Source: Nanobdellota archaeon
GTDB lineage: Archaea; Nanobdellota; Nanobdellia; Pacearchaeales; GW2011-AR1
Length of the DNA: 48,283 bases
Direction: 5' to 3'
NCBI GenBank assembly: GCA_030648285.1
Contig: JAUSIC010000003.1
Coordinates: 1 to 48,283, forward strand
Shown: in pieces, positions 16,357 through 26,932 of the stretch
Position numbering within the stretch: the first letter of the stretch is position 1
Layout: each line of letters begins with the position of its first letter
Notes under the pieces: model-generated
Databases searched by the model: none
Seen by the model: the letters and a program-made list of their open reading frames with translations, nothing else
What the model was told of the DNA's origin: nothing
Made by a program: the position numbers and the translations under genes

Positions 16357-17297
16357 TGAAAATTAGAAAACTTTTGCCTATAATAGGAATTTTAATCTTT
16401 CTGTACATTTTAATAAGATTAGATATAAGAAAAGTCTTATTAGAAATCAGCCAGGCAAAAGTAAATTTTCTGTTAATTGCTGTATTATTCATTTTCATTT
16501 CCTTTTTAACAGAAACATTAAAATGGTTTTCAATAGCAAGAGTGCAAAAAACTAATATTCCTTTTTTTAAGGCAGTAAAAGTAAATCTAATCAGTTCTTT
16601 TTATGGATTCATAACTCCTTCAAAAGTGGGGGGGGTAATACGTGCAAAATATTTGAAAGAATACAACAACAATGTCGGAAAAGGAGTTGGAAATTTTATA
16701 TTGGACAAGGTTTTGGATGTATGTTCCTTAGTGTTTTTAGCAATATTATTTTCTTTTGTGTTTAGAGAGTTTCTTCCAATTAATTTTTTCTATTACTCAA
16801 TTGCCCTGCTTTCATTGATGATAATATTTCTATTCATCTTTTTTGATATGAGGAAGAGCAGATTTTTTCTAAAGATAGTCTATAAAAGATTCATTCCAAA
16901 GAGATGGAAAGAAAGAGCAAGAAAAGAATTTTATTCTTTCTATGAAGATATGCCTAAAAAAAGATATTTTTTCCTATTTTTTCTCTTAAACATTCTTAAT
17001 TGGATTGTCTTATATTCTATAAGCTTTTTTATTGGAAAATCTATTGGAATAAACCTCTCTTTCTTTTATTTCTTAGCAATTCTTCCAATAGCTACTTTAG
17101 TTGCACAGATACCAATAACAATCTCTGGATTAGGTACAAGAGAGGCAATCTTAATCACTTTATTCGGATTAGTGGGAATTGATAAAACAAAAGTATTTTC
17201 AATGTCCATGATAAATCTGTTCATAGGAGCTGTTATTCCTTCTGCAGTAGGTTGGATTTTAAGTCTGAAAAACAATAAAAATTATAAACAAACCTAA
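16356..17297 (+). CDS. Lysylphosphatidylglycerol synthase TM-domain / flippase-like membrane protein (UPF0104)
   Basis: KW, TPSKVGG..RA, DKVLD, PITISGLGTRE motifs. Confidence 0.88.
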   Translation: MKIRKLLPIIGILIFLYILIRLDIRKVLLEISQAKVNFLLIAVLFIFISFLTETLKWFSIARVQKTNIPFFKAVKVNLISSFYGFITPSKVGGVIRAKYLKEYNNNVGKGVGNFILDKVLDVCSLVFLAILFSFVFREFLPINFFYYSIALLSLMIIFLFIFFDMRKSRFFLKIVYKRFIPKRWKERARKEFYSFYEDMPKKRYFFLFFLLNILNWIVLYSISFFIGKSIGINLSFFYFLAILPIATLVAQIPITISGLGTREAILITLFGLVGIDKTKVFSMSMINLFIGAVIPSAVGWILSLKNNKNYKQT

Positions 17298-17309
17298 TAT
17301 TGCCAATTT

Positions 17310-18758
17310 ATGAAAATTTTTATAGGATATCCTCCTACAGAATCAAAAAAAGGTATTGCACTTCTTTCGCAAAACAGGCAATTTCAATGGTTCAGCAATG
17401 CCTCTTATTTATTTCCTGTAATACTTGCATCTGCAGCGACTATTTTAAAAAAGAATCATGAAGTTCAATGGATAGACTGTGTTGCTGAAAAAATATCAAA
17501 AGAGGAATTTTTTGAAAAGATAGAAAAAGAAAAGCCAGACTTGTTTGTTTTTGAAACAAAAACACCTGTAATAAAACAGCATTGGAAATTGATTGATGAA
17601 CTAAAAGAAAAATTTCCAAAAATGAATATTGCAATTCTTGGAGACCATGTTACATCTTTTCCAAAAGAAAGTATGGAGAACTCAAAAGTTGACTTTGTTC
17701 TAAAAGGAGGAGATTATGATTTCTTACTAGATGAGCTTGTTGAGTCTATTGGGAAAAATAAAAATTTTCCAGAAGGAGTAATGTACAGAGATGGTAAAAA
17801 AATTATTGACACAGGAGATTTTCAATTGAAGCATAACCTTGATGATGCTGGTTTTATTGACAGGGAATTGACAAAATGGAGACTTTATCAAAAAGAATAC
17901 AACATAAGCAGAGAGCCTTATTTTTACATAATGTCTGGAAGAGACTGCTGGTGGGGGAAATGCAAATTCTGTTCCTGGCCAAGGCTTTACCCAAGATTTA
18001 GAGTAAGAAGCGTGGAAAATGTCCTTGATGAAATAGAAATGCTGATAAAAAATTACAACACAAGAGAGATATTTGATGATTCTGGAACACTTGCCACTGG
18101 AAAATGGCTGAAAGATTTGTGCAATGGATTAATTGAAAGAGGGTATAACAAGAAAATAAAATATTCATGCAATATGAGGTTTGGAGCTTTAGAGCAGGAA
18201 GATTATAATCTAATGAAAAAAGCAGGATTTAGATTATTAAAATTTGGCTTGGAAAGCGCTAATCAAGAAACACTAGACAGACTGAACAAAGGAATAAAAG
18301 TAGAAGATATTCTTGAAGGATGCAAGAGGGCTAAAAAAGCAGGCTTGACAGTTCATTTAACAATGATTGTTGGTTATCCTTGGGAAACAAAAGAAGATGC
18401 ATTAAAGACATTTAAACTCGCAAAAATGCTTATGCAAACAGGCAAGGCTGATTTACTTCAGGCAACAGTTCTAATTCCTTATCCAGGAACACCATTATGG
18501 AAAGAAGCAGTTGAAAATGACTGGTTCTTGTTTGACAAAGAAGATTACGAGAGATATGACATGAGAGAGCCTGTCTTAAAGACAAAAGACTCTGATGCCA
18601 AGGAGATTGCAGCTATCTGTGAAAAAATTTATACTATATTTCTCACTCCTAATTATATATTTCAGAGACTTATCAGGATAAGAACAATAGATGATTTAAA
18701 ATTAAACATACGAGGAGTAAAGGCTGTCTTTGGTCATTTGAATGATTTCAAGAGGTAA
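17310..18758 (+). CDS. B12-binding radical SAM protein
   Basis: N-terminal cobalamin-binding-like domain (LGDHVT, GGDYD); GRDCWWGKCKFC; FGLES; MIVGYPWET. Confidence 0.9.
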   Translation: MKIFIGYPPTESKKGIALLSQNRQFQWFSNASYLFPVILASAATILKKNHEVQWIDCVAEKISKEEFFEKIEKEKPDLFVFETKTPVIKQHWKLIDELKEKFPKMNIAILGDHVTSFPKESMENSKVDFVLKGGDYDFLLDELVESIGKNKNFPEGVMYRDGKKIIDTGDFQLKHNLDDAGFIDRELTKWRLYQKEYNISREPYFYIMSGRDCWWGKCKFCSWPRLYPRFRVRSVENVLDEIEMLIKNYNTREIFDDSGTLATGKWLKDLCNGLIERGYNKKIKYSCNMRFGALEQEDYNLMKKAGFRLLKFGLESANQETLDRLNKGIKVEDILEGCKRAKKAGLTVHLTMIVGYPWETKEDALKTFKLAKMLMQTGKADLLQATVLIPYPGTPLWKEAVENDWFLFDKEDYERYDMREPVLKTKDSDAKEIAAICEKIYTIFLTPNYIFQRLIRIRTIDDLKLNIRGVKAVFGHLNDFKR

Positions 18759-18801
18759 AAATAATATAAATGCTTAAAAAAAGAAAAAGTTGAATAAAAA
18801 C

Positions 18802-19677
18802 ATGAAAAAAGGAATATTTGTTAAGTTATCTGGATATGGTGAAGATTCTTGGAGTTCTGAATTTGAATTTGCTAAGAAATTAGATTGTGATTGTGTGGAA
18901 TTTGTTTTAGATTATCCTTTACTTGGACCTTCAACATATGATGAAAAAACTCTTGAAAGAATAAAGGGAATGGCTGGAGATTTGGAGATAATAGTTCATC
19001 TCATGCCTCATAGATATCTTACACCAAATAAGTACGATCAAGTTCCAGAACTTAAAGGAAAAACATTTGATTTGGCTTCACTAGATTCACAAGTTAGAAG
19101 ATTCAGCATACAAGAGGTTGAAAAAAGTTTTGTCATGGCTAAGCAATTAGGAGCAAGAATTGTTACTATTCATGGAGGATTTTGCAGAAATCAAAATCAG
19201 TACCAAAAAAACCTTGATGCCTTGAGAACTTCTTTAGAAGAATTAAATAAATATGCTAATGGTGTAAAATTATGCTTGGAAAATATGCCTGTAATGGACC
19301 ATTTCGGAAATAAGGTTGAAGAAATTCCAAAATCTCCTGAAGATTTAAATTTACTCACAGAAAATTTAGAGAATGTTGGTATTACTCTTGATACAGGACA
19401 TGCTAATACAATAATGCAACCAGAGAGATTTTTTGATAAATTAAAGAAAGTTTGGAATATACATGTTCATGACAATGGGGGAGATAGAGATAATCACTTG
19501 ATATTGGGAGAGGGGAATATTGACTTTGTTTATCTTATTGAGTTATTAAAAGAAAGAAATTATGAAGGCTATTTTAATCTTGAACTTGATATAAATTGGG
19601 ACGAATCAAAAGTAAAGGTAAGTCCGTCAAGAGAACAGAGAGGGGCTTCATGGAAGTATATTCAAGGATTATTATAA
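18802..19677 (+). CDS. Sugar-phosphate isomerase/epimerase (xylose isomerase-like TIM barrel)
   Basis: TIHGG, LENMP, LDTGHA, HVHDN..DNHL..GEG.ID, NLE metal ligands; ATG 18802 preferred. Confidence 0.88.
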   Translation: MKKGIFVKLSGYGEDSWSSEFEFAKKLDCDCVEFVLDYPLLGPSTYDEKTLERIKGMAGDLEIIVHLMPHRYLTPNKYDQVPELKGKTFDLASLDSQVRRFSIQEVEKSFVMAKQLGARIVTIHGGFCRNQNQYQKNLDALRTSLEELNKYANGVKLCLENMPVMDHFGNKVEEIPKSPEDLNLLTENLENVGITLDTGHANTIMQPERFFDKLKKVWNIHVHDNGGDRDNHLILGEGNIDFVYLIELLKERNYEGYFNLELDINWDESKVKVSPSREQRGASWKYIQGLL

Positions 19678-19684
19678 TTTATTC

Positions 19685-19924
19685 TTACCAAACATCAATA
19701 TTCTGAATAATACCTCCAAGAATAACACCTGGTTCTACTGCTGCTCCTAATAATGCTCCTGTAGCAATACATTGCCCAAAAGAATAATCTTTTGTAAAAA
19801 GAGAATATATTGCTCCTCCGATTGCTCCAAGAGTTGTGCTTCCTAAAGTTAAACCATAAACTACTCCTAACTCTTTTATATTATTCCAGCCAGATTTTCT
19901 TTCAAGCCCTGATGTTTTTTCCAT
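19685..19924 (-). CDS. Small orphan membrane protein (glycine-zipper-like)
   Basis: 79 aa with Gly-rich hydrophobic helices (LGAIGGAIY, TGALLGAAV); fills the gap between neighbours. Confidence 0.6.
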   Translation of the reverse strand: MEKTSGLERKSGWNNIKELGVVYGLTLGSTTLGAIGGAIYSLFTKDYSFGQCIATGALLGAAVEPGVILGGIIQNIDVW

Positions 19925-19948
19925 AGCCTTAACATTTATGTTATCTTT

Positions 19949-20722
19949 TTAAATATTTAGATAACTCTCAATCGTCTTGAAATCATAACCTTTAGCTTTG
20001 CAGAACTGAATATATTTTTCAAGTTTGTTTAATAGTTTTTGACTGTGCTTTGCTTTCATGAAAAAAGGAATTTGTGCATTTGTCAAATCAGCAAACTCCC
20101 ATGGATGAAAAATTAACATCGTATAATCTGAAGAAAGAGAATTTATTTTTGTGAAAATTTTTGAATACAAAAAGGGGAAATTCTTGAAGGTGAGCCATTC
20201 GAGAGGAAGACGTATTATTGGAAGCGCTGAAAGAGGAAATTCTGTTATATTTCCAATTCTATTCGGCTTTCTTTTCTTAAACAAATTAATATATCTTCCA
20301 GGAATAAAAGTAGGATTGACAGAAGAATCATAAGAAAAACCGAAATCAGAAAGAGAAGAAATATCTTTTATTTCAAATCTTGGTGCTCTGAAACCATGAA
20401 CTTGTTTTTTAATAATTTTCTCAATTTCCTGTTTTGCCAGCGGAATTCTTGACAAATCCTTAAAATAAGAATCAGAATGAACATAACCATGACAGGCAAT
20501 TTCATGCTTTTTTGAAATATCTTTTATCAAAGAAGGATAATGTTTTGCAAAATTCGATGTCGTAAAAAAAGTTGCCTTGATATTATATTTAGATAGTAAT
20601 CCTAGTATTAACAAAAGTCCTTGCTTGGAAGTTTCAAATTGTTCTTGTTCACTGATTTCTCCACTAAACTCTAAAGGAGCATCAAATTCTTCCAAATCAA
20701 AAGTAAGCAATACCTGTTTCAT
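19949..20722 (-). CDS. Polysaccharide deacetylase family protein
   Basis: TFDLEE, KATFF, EIACHG..H, GFRAP, YDSS, FHPWE motifs. Confidence 0.92.
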   Translation of the reverse strand: MKQVLLTFDLEEFDAPLEFSGEISEQEQFETSKQGLLLILGLLSKYNIKATFFTTSNFAKHYPSLIKDISKKHEIACHGYVHSDSYFKDLSRIPLAKQEIEKIIKKQVHGFRAPRFEIKDISSLSDFGFSYDSSVNPTFIPGRYINLFKKRKPNRIGNITEFPLSALPIIRLPLEWLTFKNFPFLYSKIFTKINSLSSDYTMLIFHPWEFADLTNAQIPFFMKAKHSQKLLNKLEKYIQFCKAKGYDFKTIESYLNI

Positions 20723-21408
20723 TTTAAAAATCTTAAAATAAAGAGCCTTTTAAGCATTCCTGGAAGAATCCTCAACTTAACTGTGCTATAATCAGATTCT
20801 TTTGGTATTAGAAAGTATTCTTTTATCCTGAATTTTTTCTGCTGAATTCTATACAAAAGCTCTATATCAAATTCAAAGCCAGTGCATATAAAATTTTTCT
20901 CTAGGCTATCCCATACATACCTGTTCATGAATTTTGCTCCTGCCTGAGTGTCTGAAAGATAAATCCTGAAAAGAATTTTTGAGACAAGTGCATTACTAAT
21001 TGAGAAAAATCTCCTGCTCGTAGAAGTTTGATATTTCATGCTTCTGTGCTTGAATTTTGTCCCTATAACAATGTCTGCATCCTCAAGAAAATTTATCATT
21101 TTTAATATTTCTTCTAATTGAAAGGGATTATCTGCATCTAAAAAACCAATTATGCTATTTTCTGCCTGATTAAAACCTTTTACTAATGCGTTCCCTTTTC
21201 CTCTTTCAGGAACATTGATAATTTTTAAAGGGTATCTTGATTTTAAAGAATTGCATATTTCAAAAGTTTTATCTTTGCAGGCATTGCAAACAATGATAAA
21301 TTCAAGTTTTTTAAAATGCTTTGAAAAAACATTAAAATATTCTAAGATAGATTTTTCTATTGATCTTTCAGCATTATGGGCAGGTATTACAAGAGAGAGA
21401 CTCCTCAT
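20719..21408 (-). CDS. GT2 glycosyltransferase (dolichyl-phosphate sugar synthase-like)
   Basis: VIPAHN, GKG.A, FLDAD, DTQAGAK, FEFDIELL motifs. Confidence 0.92.
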   Translation of the reverse strand: MRSLSLVIPAHNAERSIEKSILEYFNVFSKHFKKLEFIIVCNACKDKTFEICNSLKSRYPLKIINVPERGKGNALVKGFNQAENSIIGFLDADNPFQLEEILKMINFLEDADIVIGTKFKHRSMKYQTSTSRRFFSISNALVSKILFRIYLSDTQAGAKFMNRYVWDSLEKNFICTGFEFDIELLYRIQQKKFRIKEYFLIPKESDYSTVKLRILPGMLKRLFILRFLK

Positions 21409-21497
21409 AAAGTCTTTTATTCCGGTTCATTTATAAAAATAGTTATGGTAGTTTAATATATAGAAATCTTTTTTAACCGAAAATTCTAACCCCGAAT

Positions 21498-22634
21498 ATG
21501 CTTTATACAGTTTCTAAAATAGCAGATAAAAAGATACAAGAGGATATTGAAATTATAAAGAAAATCATTCTTGGCAAATTAAACCCAAGAGCAATAGTTC
21601 TATTTGGGGGTTTTGGACATGGAGGAGGAAGTTTTAAGATTCTTAACAAAAAAATTATTCCTCTGAATGATTATGACATCTACATAATTATGAATAATAA
21701 GATTAATGATCCAATCTTAGAAGAGTTAGGAAAAGAATGCTCAAAAGCGCTTGGCAGAGGAGGAATGGAAATTGTTGAAAAATTCCAAGATACTTATGAT
21801 GAAGATAAATTCTTTCATGTGGATTTGCATTCTCTGGAATATAAAAAGTTGGAAAAATTATATCCTACCCAAAGAAGCTTTGATTTGAAAACGAGTCTTG
21901 TTATTTGGGGAGATAAAAATGTGCTTGATAAGATTCCCCAAATAAAAATATCAAAGTCAGATGCCATACGCTTGTTATTCAATAAACTTAATCATTTTGC
22001 TATTGCAGAAGGGAATTCAAATATAATAAAATCCATATATGCTGTTAAGGGGCTGACTGATTTATGTTCTAGCCTGCTAATCTTTTATGACAAGTATGAT
22101 TCAAAATATCAAGAAAGGGAGAAAAATTTTCAGGAATTAAATGTTCCTGACAGGTTGAAAAAACTTGTTTCAGAAGCAACCAAATCAAAGCTTTTTTATG
22201 GCTATTCTATAAAAAATGTTGAAAGGTTTTTTTTAGAATCCAAAAAATGGGTGGAATGGACACTAAAAAAGATATTAAGAGAATATCTTAAAATAGACTC
22301 AGAAGACTGGAAAGTCATATGCAGAAAAATGTATCAAAAACTTCCTTATATTTATTTTAATGATTATCTGAAAAGCAAGTATCTCTTTTTAGGACAGTAT
22401 TACCTAAATATTATGTTTTTTGTTTCTGGATTAAGAAAAAGAAAATTTTTAATTAAAAGCTTAATGAGATGGAGAGATGCTGGCTTGATAATAGGAACTG
22501 CAATGATACTCTATTCTTTCGAAGAAGAGAATGAAGCAGAAAGATACATTAAAAAAATAACAAACAGCAGAAAATCACTAAAAAAGAGAATTTTAGAGTT
22601 ATATTCTATATATTATCTGCAAAAATTGATATAA
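21498..22634 (+). CDS. Pol-beta-like nucleotidyltransferase domain protein
   Basis: IVLFGGFGHGGG...NDYDIY resembles hG[GS]..D.D; helical C-terminal region. Confidence 0.7.
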   Translation: MLYTVSKIADKKIQEDIEIIKKIILGKLNPRAIVLFGGFGHGGGSFKILNKKIIPLNDYDIYIIMNNKINDPILEELGKECSKALGRGGMEIVEKFQDTYDEDKFFHVDLHSLEYKKLEKLYPTQRSFDLKTSLVIWGDKNVLDKIPQIKISKSDAIRLLFNKLNHFAIAEGNSNIIKSIYAVKGLTDLCSSLLIFYDKYDSKYQEREKNFQELNVPDRLKKLVSEATKSKLFYGYSIKNVERFFLESKKWVEWTLKKILREYLKIDSEDWKVICRKMYQKLPYIYFNDYLKSKYLFLGQYYLNIMFFVSGLRKRKFLIKSLMRWRDAGLIIGTAMILYSFEEENEAERYIKKITNSRKSLKKRILELYSIYYLQKLI

Positions 22635-22676
22635 AATCATAAAAATCTTTATTAATCCTCTAATTGATAACCCCCT

Positions 22677-24116
22677 ATGAAACTAGTTTTAATTGAACCT
22701 AACATCCAAGGATACGCACTAATGCCCACAATGTCTCTGGCAATACTAAAATCATACATAAATGAGAAAAGCAGGCATAATGCAAGAGTAATAGACTTGA
22801 TATTTCATAAAAAAAATTGGAAAGAATATTTAAGCGAACAGATAAAAGAATTAAAACCTGATTTAATAGGAATGTCTGTTTTAAGCTTCAATTATCTAGC
22901 TGCTTTGGAAATTGCCAAGTTCATAAAGGAAAAATTTGGAACAAAGATAATATTCGGGGGCGTGCACGTAATTCTTTCTCCAGAAGAGGTTATAGAAAAT
23001 AAAGATGTGGATATAATCTGCACAGGAGAAGGAGAAGAAGTATTAAAGAATCTTTTGGATAAAAAACTAAATTGCAAAGATGTGAAAGGGATATGGTATA
23101 AAAAAGAAGAAAAAATAATCAAAAATCAAAAAATAAAACTGATAGAAAACTTGGACAGTATTCCGTTTCCAGATTGGAGTGATTTTGACTTAAAAAAATA
23201 TTTTTTGATAAGCGGAAACAATCTTCCGATAATGGGTTCTCGCGGATGTCCTTACCAATGCACGTACTGCAGTAATCATGCATTAAGAGAAAATTTGATT
23301 GGAAAATATGTAAGATTCAGAAGCGTGGACAACATAATAGAAGAAATAGAATTGAGAATAAAGCAATACCACAACAAGGGATTCAAATATCTATTTTTTT
23401 ATGATGATACTTTCATAATGTACAGAGATTTTGTCTTAGAATTTTGCAGGAAATTCAAAGAAAAAGGGTTTCATAAAAAAATAAAATGGAACGTGAATGT
23501 AAGGGCAAATCTCGTTACAGATGAAATAATAAAAGCAATGAAAGATGCAGGATGCTATGAAGTAAGAATGGGAGTTGAAGCAGGAAATGATTACATAAGA
23601 AATGAAATCTATAAGAGAAATATGTCTGAAAAGCAAATTTTTGATGCTATTAAAATAATTAAAAAATATGGGTTGCAACTAAGACTGCAGTTCATAATTG
23701 GCGCTCCTTATGAGAACCTTGATATGATGAATGAAAGCTTTGAAATGGCAAAAAAATCAGAAGCAGATTATGTCTTGTTTCCTGTCTTAATTCCTCTTCC
23801 TTCGACAAAAATGAAGGAACTTTGCGAAGAAGAAGGAGTCATTGAAAGAAAGAAATTCAAAAGTTCGCATGAAATGTTCACTAATCCTGTTGTAAGAACA
23901 AAATTTGTGTCAAGAAAAGAAATCAAAAATTTTGTCAATAAAATAAGAATGTACCAGGTTAAAAAATATTTTTTAGAAGGATTAAAGTTAAGAGGCTTAA
24001 TCTTTGTAAAAGATTCCTTGATTTTTTTTGTCTATTACAAGAGAAAATATGATTTGGAAATAGATAACATTTTCCGTTTTACAATAAATAAATACAAGCT
24101 TGAGGATTTAAAATGA
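22677..24116 (+). CDS. B12-binding radical SAM protein
   Basis: GGVH, GEGE, SRGCPYQCTYC, DDTF, MGVEAG motifs. Confidence 0.93.
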   Translation: MKLVLIEPNIQGYALMPTMSLAILKSYINEKSRHNARVIDLIFHKKNWKEYLSEQIKELKPDLIGMSVLSFNYLAALEIAKFIKEKFGTKIIFGGVHVILSPEEVIENKDVDIICTGEGEEVLKNLLDKKLNCKDVKGIWYKKEEKIIKNQKIKLIENLDSIPFPDWSDFDLKKYFLISGNNLPIMGSRGCPYQCTYCSNHALRENLIGKYVRFRSVDNIIEEIELRIKQYHNKGFKYLFFYDDTFIMYRDFVLEFCRKFKEKGFHKKIKWNVNVRANLVTDEIIKAMKDAGCYEVRMGVEAGNDYIRNEIYKRNMSEKQIFDAIKIIKKYGLQLRLQFIIGAPYENLDMMNESFEMAKKSEADYVLFPVLIPLPSTKMKELCEEEGVIERKKFKSSHEMFTNPVVRTKFVSRKEIKNFVNKIRMYQVKKYFLEGLKLRGLIFVKDSLIFFVYYKRKYDLEIDNIFRFTINKYKLEDLK

Positions 24117-25513
24117 GTCAATTAAAAGTTCTATTAATTCAACCAAATTACAGAAGAATCTATGCATACGCAAAAAACAAAGAGATTACTCCTATTTTTC
24201 CTCCATTTGGACTTGCTTATATCGCAGCAGTATTGAAAAAAAATAATATTCCTGTTAAGATATTAGAATCAAATGTTTTTGATTTAAATCATGAACAGAT
24301 AAAAAAGGAAATTGAGGAGTATAATCCCAATATTGTTGGAATTACTTCTACAACTTCAATGATTGAAGAAGCTCATGAAATCGCCCTGCTTTGTGACGAG
24401 AAAATAAAAGTAATAATAGGGGGAGTTCATGCAAGTTCTCTTCCAGAAGAAACACTGGAAAAATTCGAGAGATTTGATTTTTTAGTAAGGGGAGAAGGAG
24501 AATTTGCAATGCTGGAACTTGTTCAAAAGAAACCCTTGGAGAAAATAAAAGGGTTATCTTACAGAAAAAATGGGAAAATAAAACATAATGCTCCAAGAGA
24601 ATTAAACAATCAACTCGATGAACTCCCTTTCCCTTCGAGAGAACTTTTGCCAATGGATAAATATTTCAGCGCAGGAGCAAAACAAACACCAAGCGATTAC
24701 ATACTCAGCTCGAGAGGATGCCCTTACCAATGCATTTTTTGTGCAGACCATCTTGTCCATGGAAGAAAATTTAGGTTTAGAAGCCCTGAAAATATAATTA
24801 AAGAAGTCGAGGAACTCCATAAAAGAGGGGTGAAAGACTGGGATTTTATCGATGATAATTTCACTTTAATTAATGAAAGAGTTGAAAAATTCTGCGATTT
24901 GATGATACAAAAAGGACTAAATAAAAAAATGAGCTGGAGATGTGCAAATGGAATAAGAGTTGACAGGATAACTCTTGAATTATTGAAAAAAATGAAAGAA
25001 GCAGGCTGTTACATGGTTTCTCTTGGAATAGAATCTGGAAATGAAGAAATTCTAAGAAATATGAAGAAAGACATTAATCTAGAAAAAGTTAGAATGGCTG
25101 TTAAATGGTGCAATGAAGTCGGAATTGAAACAAGAGGGTTATTCATGTTTGGTAATCTCGGGGAAAATGAAAAAACAATGCAAGACACAATAGATTTCGC
25201 AAAAAGCCTTAATTTAGATACAGCATCCTTTCATATAACAATTCCTTTTCCAAATACAGAATATTGGAACATTGTAAAAAAAGAAGGAGAAATATATCCA
25301 AAGAATTATAGGGATTATATTGCATATGGAAACGTTATCTTCAAGCACGGAGAACTGAATGAAAAAACATTATTAAAAATGCAAACGAAAGCATTCAAGG
25401 AATTTTATTTCAGGCCAAAAATAGTTTTCAAGGCTTTGAAAAGCATGAATTCTCTTAGAAAAATAAAAGTTTACTTTAATGCAGGAATTGCTTTTCTTGG
25501 AATAAATAAATGA
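24113..25513 (+). CDS. B12-binding radical SAM protein
   Basis: PPFGLAYIAA, GGVHAS, GEGE, SRGCPYQCIFC, DDNF, GIESG motifs. Confidence 0.94.
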   Translation: MSQLKVLLIQPNYRRIYAYAKNKEITPIFPPFGLAYIAAVLKKNNIPVKILESNVFDLNHEQIKKEIEEYNPNIVGITSTTSMIEEAHEIALLCDEKIKVIIGGVHASSLPEETLEKFERFDFLVRGEGEFAMLELVQKKPLEKIKGLSYRKNGKIKHNAPRELNNQLDELPFPSRELLPMDKYFSAGAKQTPSDYILSSRGCPYQCIFCADHLVHGRKFRFRSPENIIKEVEELHKRGVKDWDFIDDNFTLINERVEKFCDLMIQKGLNKKMSWRCANGIRVDRITLELLKKMKEAGCYMVSLGIESGNEEILRNMKKDINLEKVRMAVKWCNEVGIETRGLFMFGNLGENEKTMQDTIDFAKSLNLDTASFHITIPFPNTEYWNIVKKEGEIYPKNYRDYIAYGNVIFKHGELNEKTLLKMQTKAFKEFYFRPKIVFKALKSMNSLRKIKVYFNAGIAFLGINK

Positions 25514-26409
25514 TAAAAATAATCATGATAGACGCATTCAAAGAAGAATATCTAAACTATGCCCCTTATCTTTCTTCATTGACAAAAAAATATCAATGGG
25601 GAGAATTAAAAATGCCAATTGGACATTGGGGAGGAGTAGAAGTATTCTTTCATGGAAAATCTGACAAGCTTGCTCTTTTTCAAAAAAAAGAGAAATCTTC
25701 ATTAAAATGGACTAAAAAATTTGCTTGGCTCGAGAAATTATTCGGAAGAACAGCTATTGATGCCTTGATAAATTTTCCAAGGTTTATCTTAGGTTATGAA
25801 TTATTCAAAACAGGAAAAGTTCCAATTAACCAATTAGGGAAATTTGATTTTTGTGTTAAAGAACCATTATACTCTTCAAAAGAGATAGAATTTGAATATA
25901 TTGGAGATTTAGACAATGTAGCACATAGATATGGGACAAAAAGCCAGCGGACAATCGACACAATAAAAAAAGTTGATGAAAAAATATCCAAAGAGGATTT
26001 TGATATAATATTTTCAGACCATGGAATGATTGATGTTAAAAAAACAATCAATGTTCCTTTAAGTGAGAATTGCTTTATTGATTCAGACATGGCAAGATAC
26101 TGGGGAAATGAAGAGGAATTAAATGAGATAAAAAAGAGACTTCCAATGAAAGATGGAAAGATAATTGACTGGAAAGATAAATCTTATGGAGATCTGATTT
26201 TTATTGTCAAGCCAGGAATTTTAATCTTGCCTAATTATTGGCAAGGAAAACAACCTGCAAAGGCTATGCATGGTTATTATGGAGATAATAAAGAACTAAA
26301 TGGGATTTACATAATAAAAAAACAAGGAAACAGGAAAAATTTGGGGGTAGAAGAATTGCATGAGATATTGAATAAAATGAAGGAGGAAGAGAAAATTGGA
26401 AGAAAATAA
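25510..26409 (+). CDS. Alkaline phosphatase superfamily / nucleotide pyrophosphatase-phosphodiesterase-like protein
   Basis: IDA, LD..AH.YG, SDHGM, MHGY metal-ligand motifs. Confidence 0.85.
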   Translation: MIKIIMIDAFKEEYLNYAPYLSSLTKKYQWGELKMPIGHWGGVEVFFHGKSDKLALFQKKEKSSLKWTKKFAWLEKLFGRTAIDALINFPRFILGYELFKTGKVPINQLGKFDFCVKEPLYSSKEIEFEYIGDLDNVAHRYGTKSQRTIDTIKKVDEKISKEDFDIIFSDHGMIDVKKTINVPLSENCFIDSDMARYWGNEEELNEIKKRLPMKDGKIIDWKDKSYGDLIFIVKPGILILPNYWQGKQPAKAMHGYYGDNKELNGIYIIKKQGNRKNLGVEELHEILNKMKEEEKIGRK

Positions 26410-26932
26410 ACTAGAAGACACTTATGAAGATAAAAATCTTTTAACAAGATTTTACTTCAGAACAAAGGTTTGGTTAGCAGTAAGAACTGCAAAATTAAAA
26501 AAAGAAGATATTATATTAGACTTTGGATGCGGAGGAGGGTGGCTGGAAAAGAAACTCAAGGGTTATCAAATATATGGATATGATATTAATCCTAAGAAAA
26601 CATTTATCAAAGATTATAAAACAATCAAACCCAATAAGATTTTTGTTCTGGACGTATTTGAGCATATTCCAACAGAAGAAATCAAAAAAATAGTTGAGAA
26701 TTTTAAAAAATTAAATAATAATTTTATATTAATTGTTTCTGTTCCTACTGAAAATTTAGCTTCAAGAAAAATAAGAAAATTCGTAGGCAAGCCAGAAGTT
26801 CCAAAAGAACACATCACAAAATATCAAGAGATAACTAAAATTTTAAAAGATAATTTTATTATAAAAAAGAGAATTAATTTTTTCACAATTAGCCATATTT
26901 TAATATTTAGTTATAATTCGCTTGATATATGA
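26396..26932 (+). CDS. Class I SAM-dependent methyltransferase
   Basis: ILDFGCGGG, GYD, DVFEHI motifs; TTG start preceded by GGAGG. Confidence 0.88.
   Translation: MEENKLEDTYEDKNLLTRFYFRTKVWLAVRTAKLKKEDIILDFGCGGGWLEKKLKGYQIYGYDINPKKTFIKDYKTIKPNKIFVLDVFEHIPTEEIKKIVENFKKLNNNFILIVSVPTENLASRKIRKFVGKPEVPKEHITKYQEITKILKDNFIIKKRINFFTISHILIFSYNSLDI

Noticed and set aside
17944-17972. CX4CX2C spacing in the first radical SAM protein as a defect
   Set aside because: C.WGKC.FC-type spacing is a known variant among B12-binding radical SAM proteins
19930-19943. Short palindrome TAACAT-TT-ATGTTA upstream of the orphan membrane gene
   Set aside because: AT-rich 6-bp arms are expected by chance and no second copy was seen
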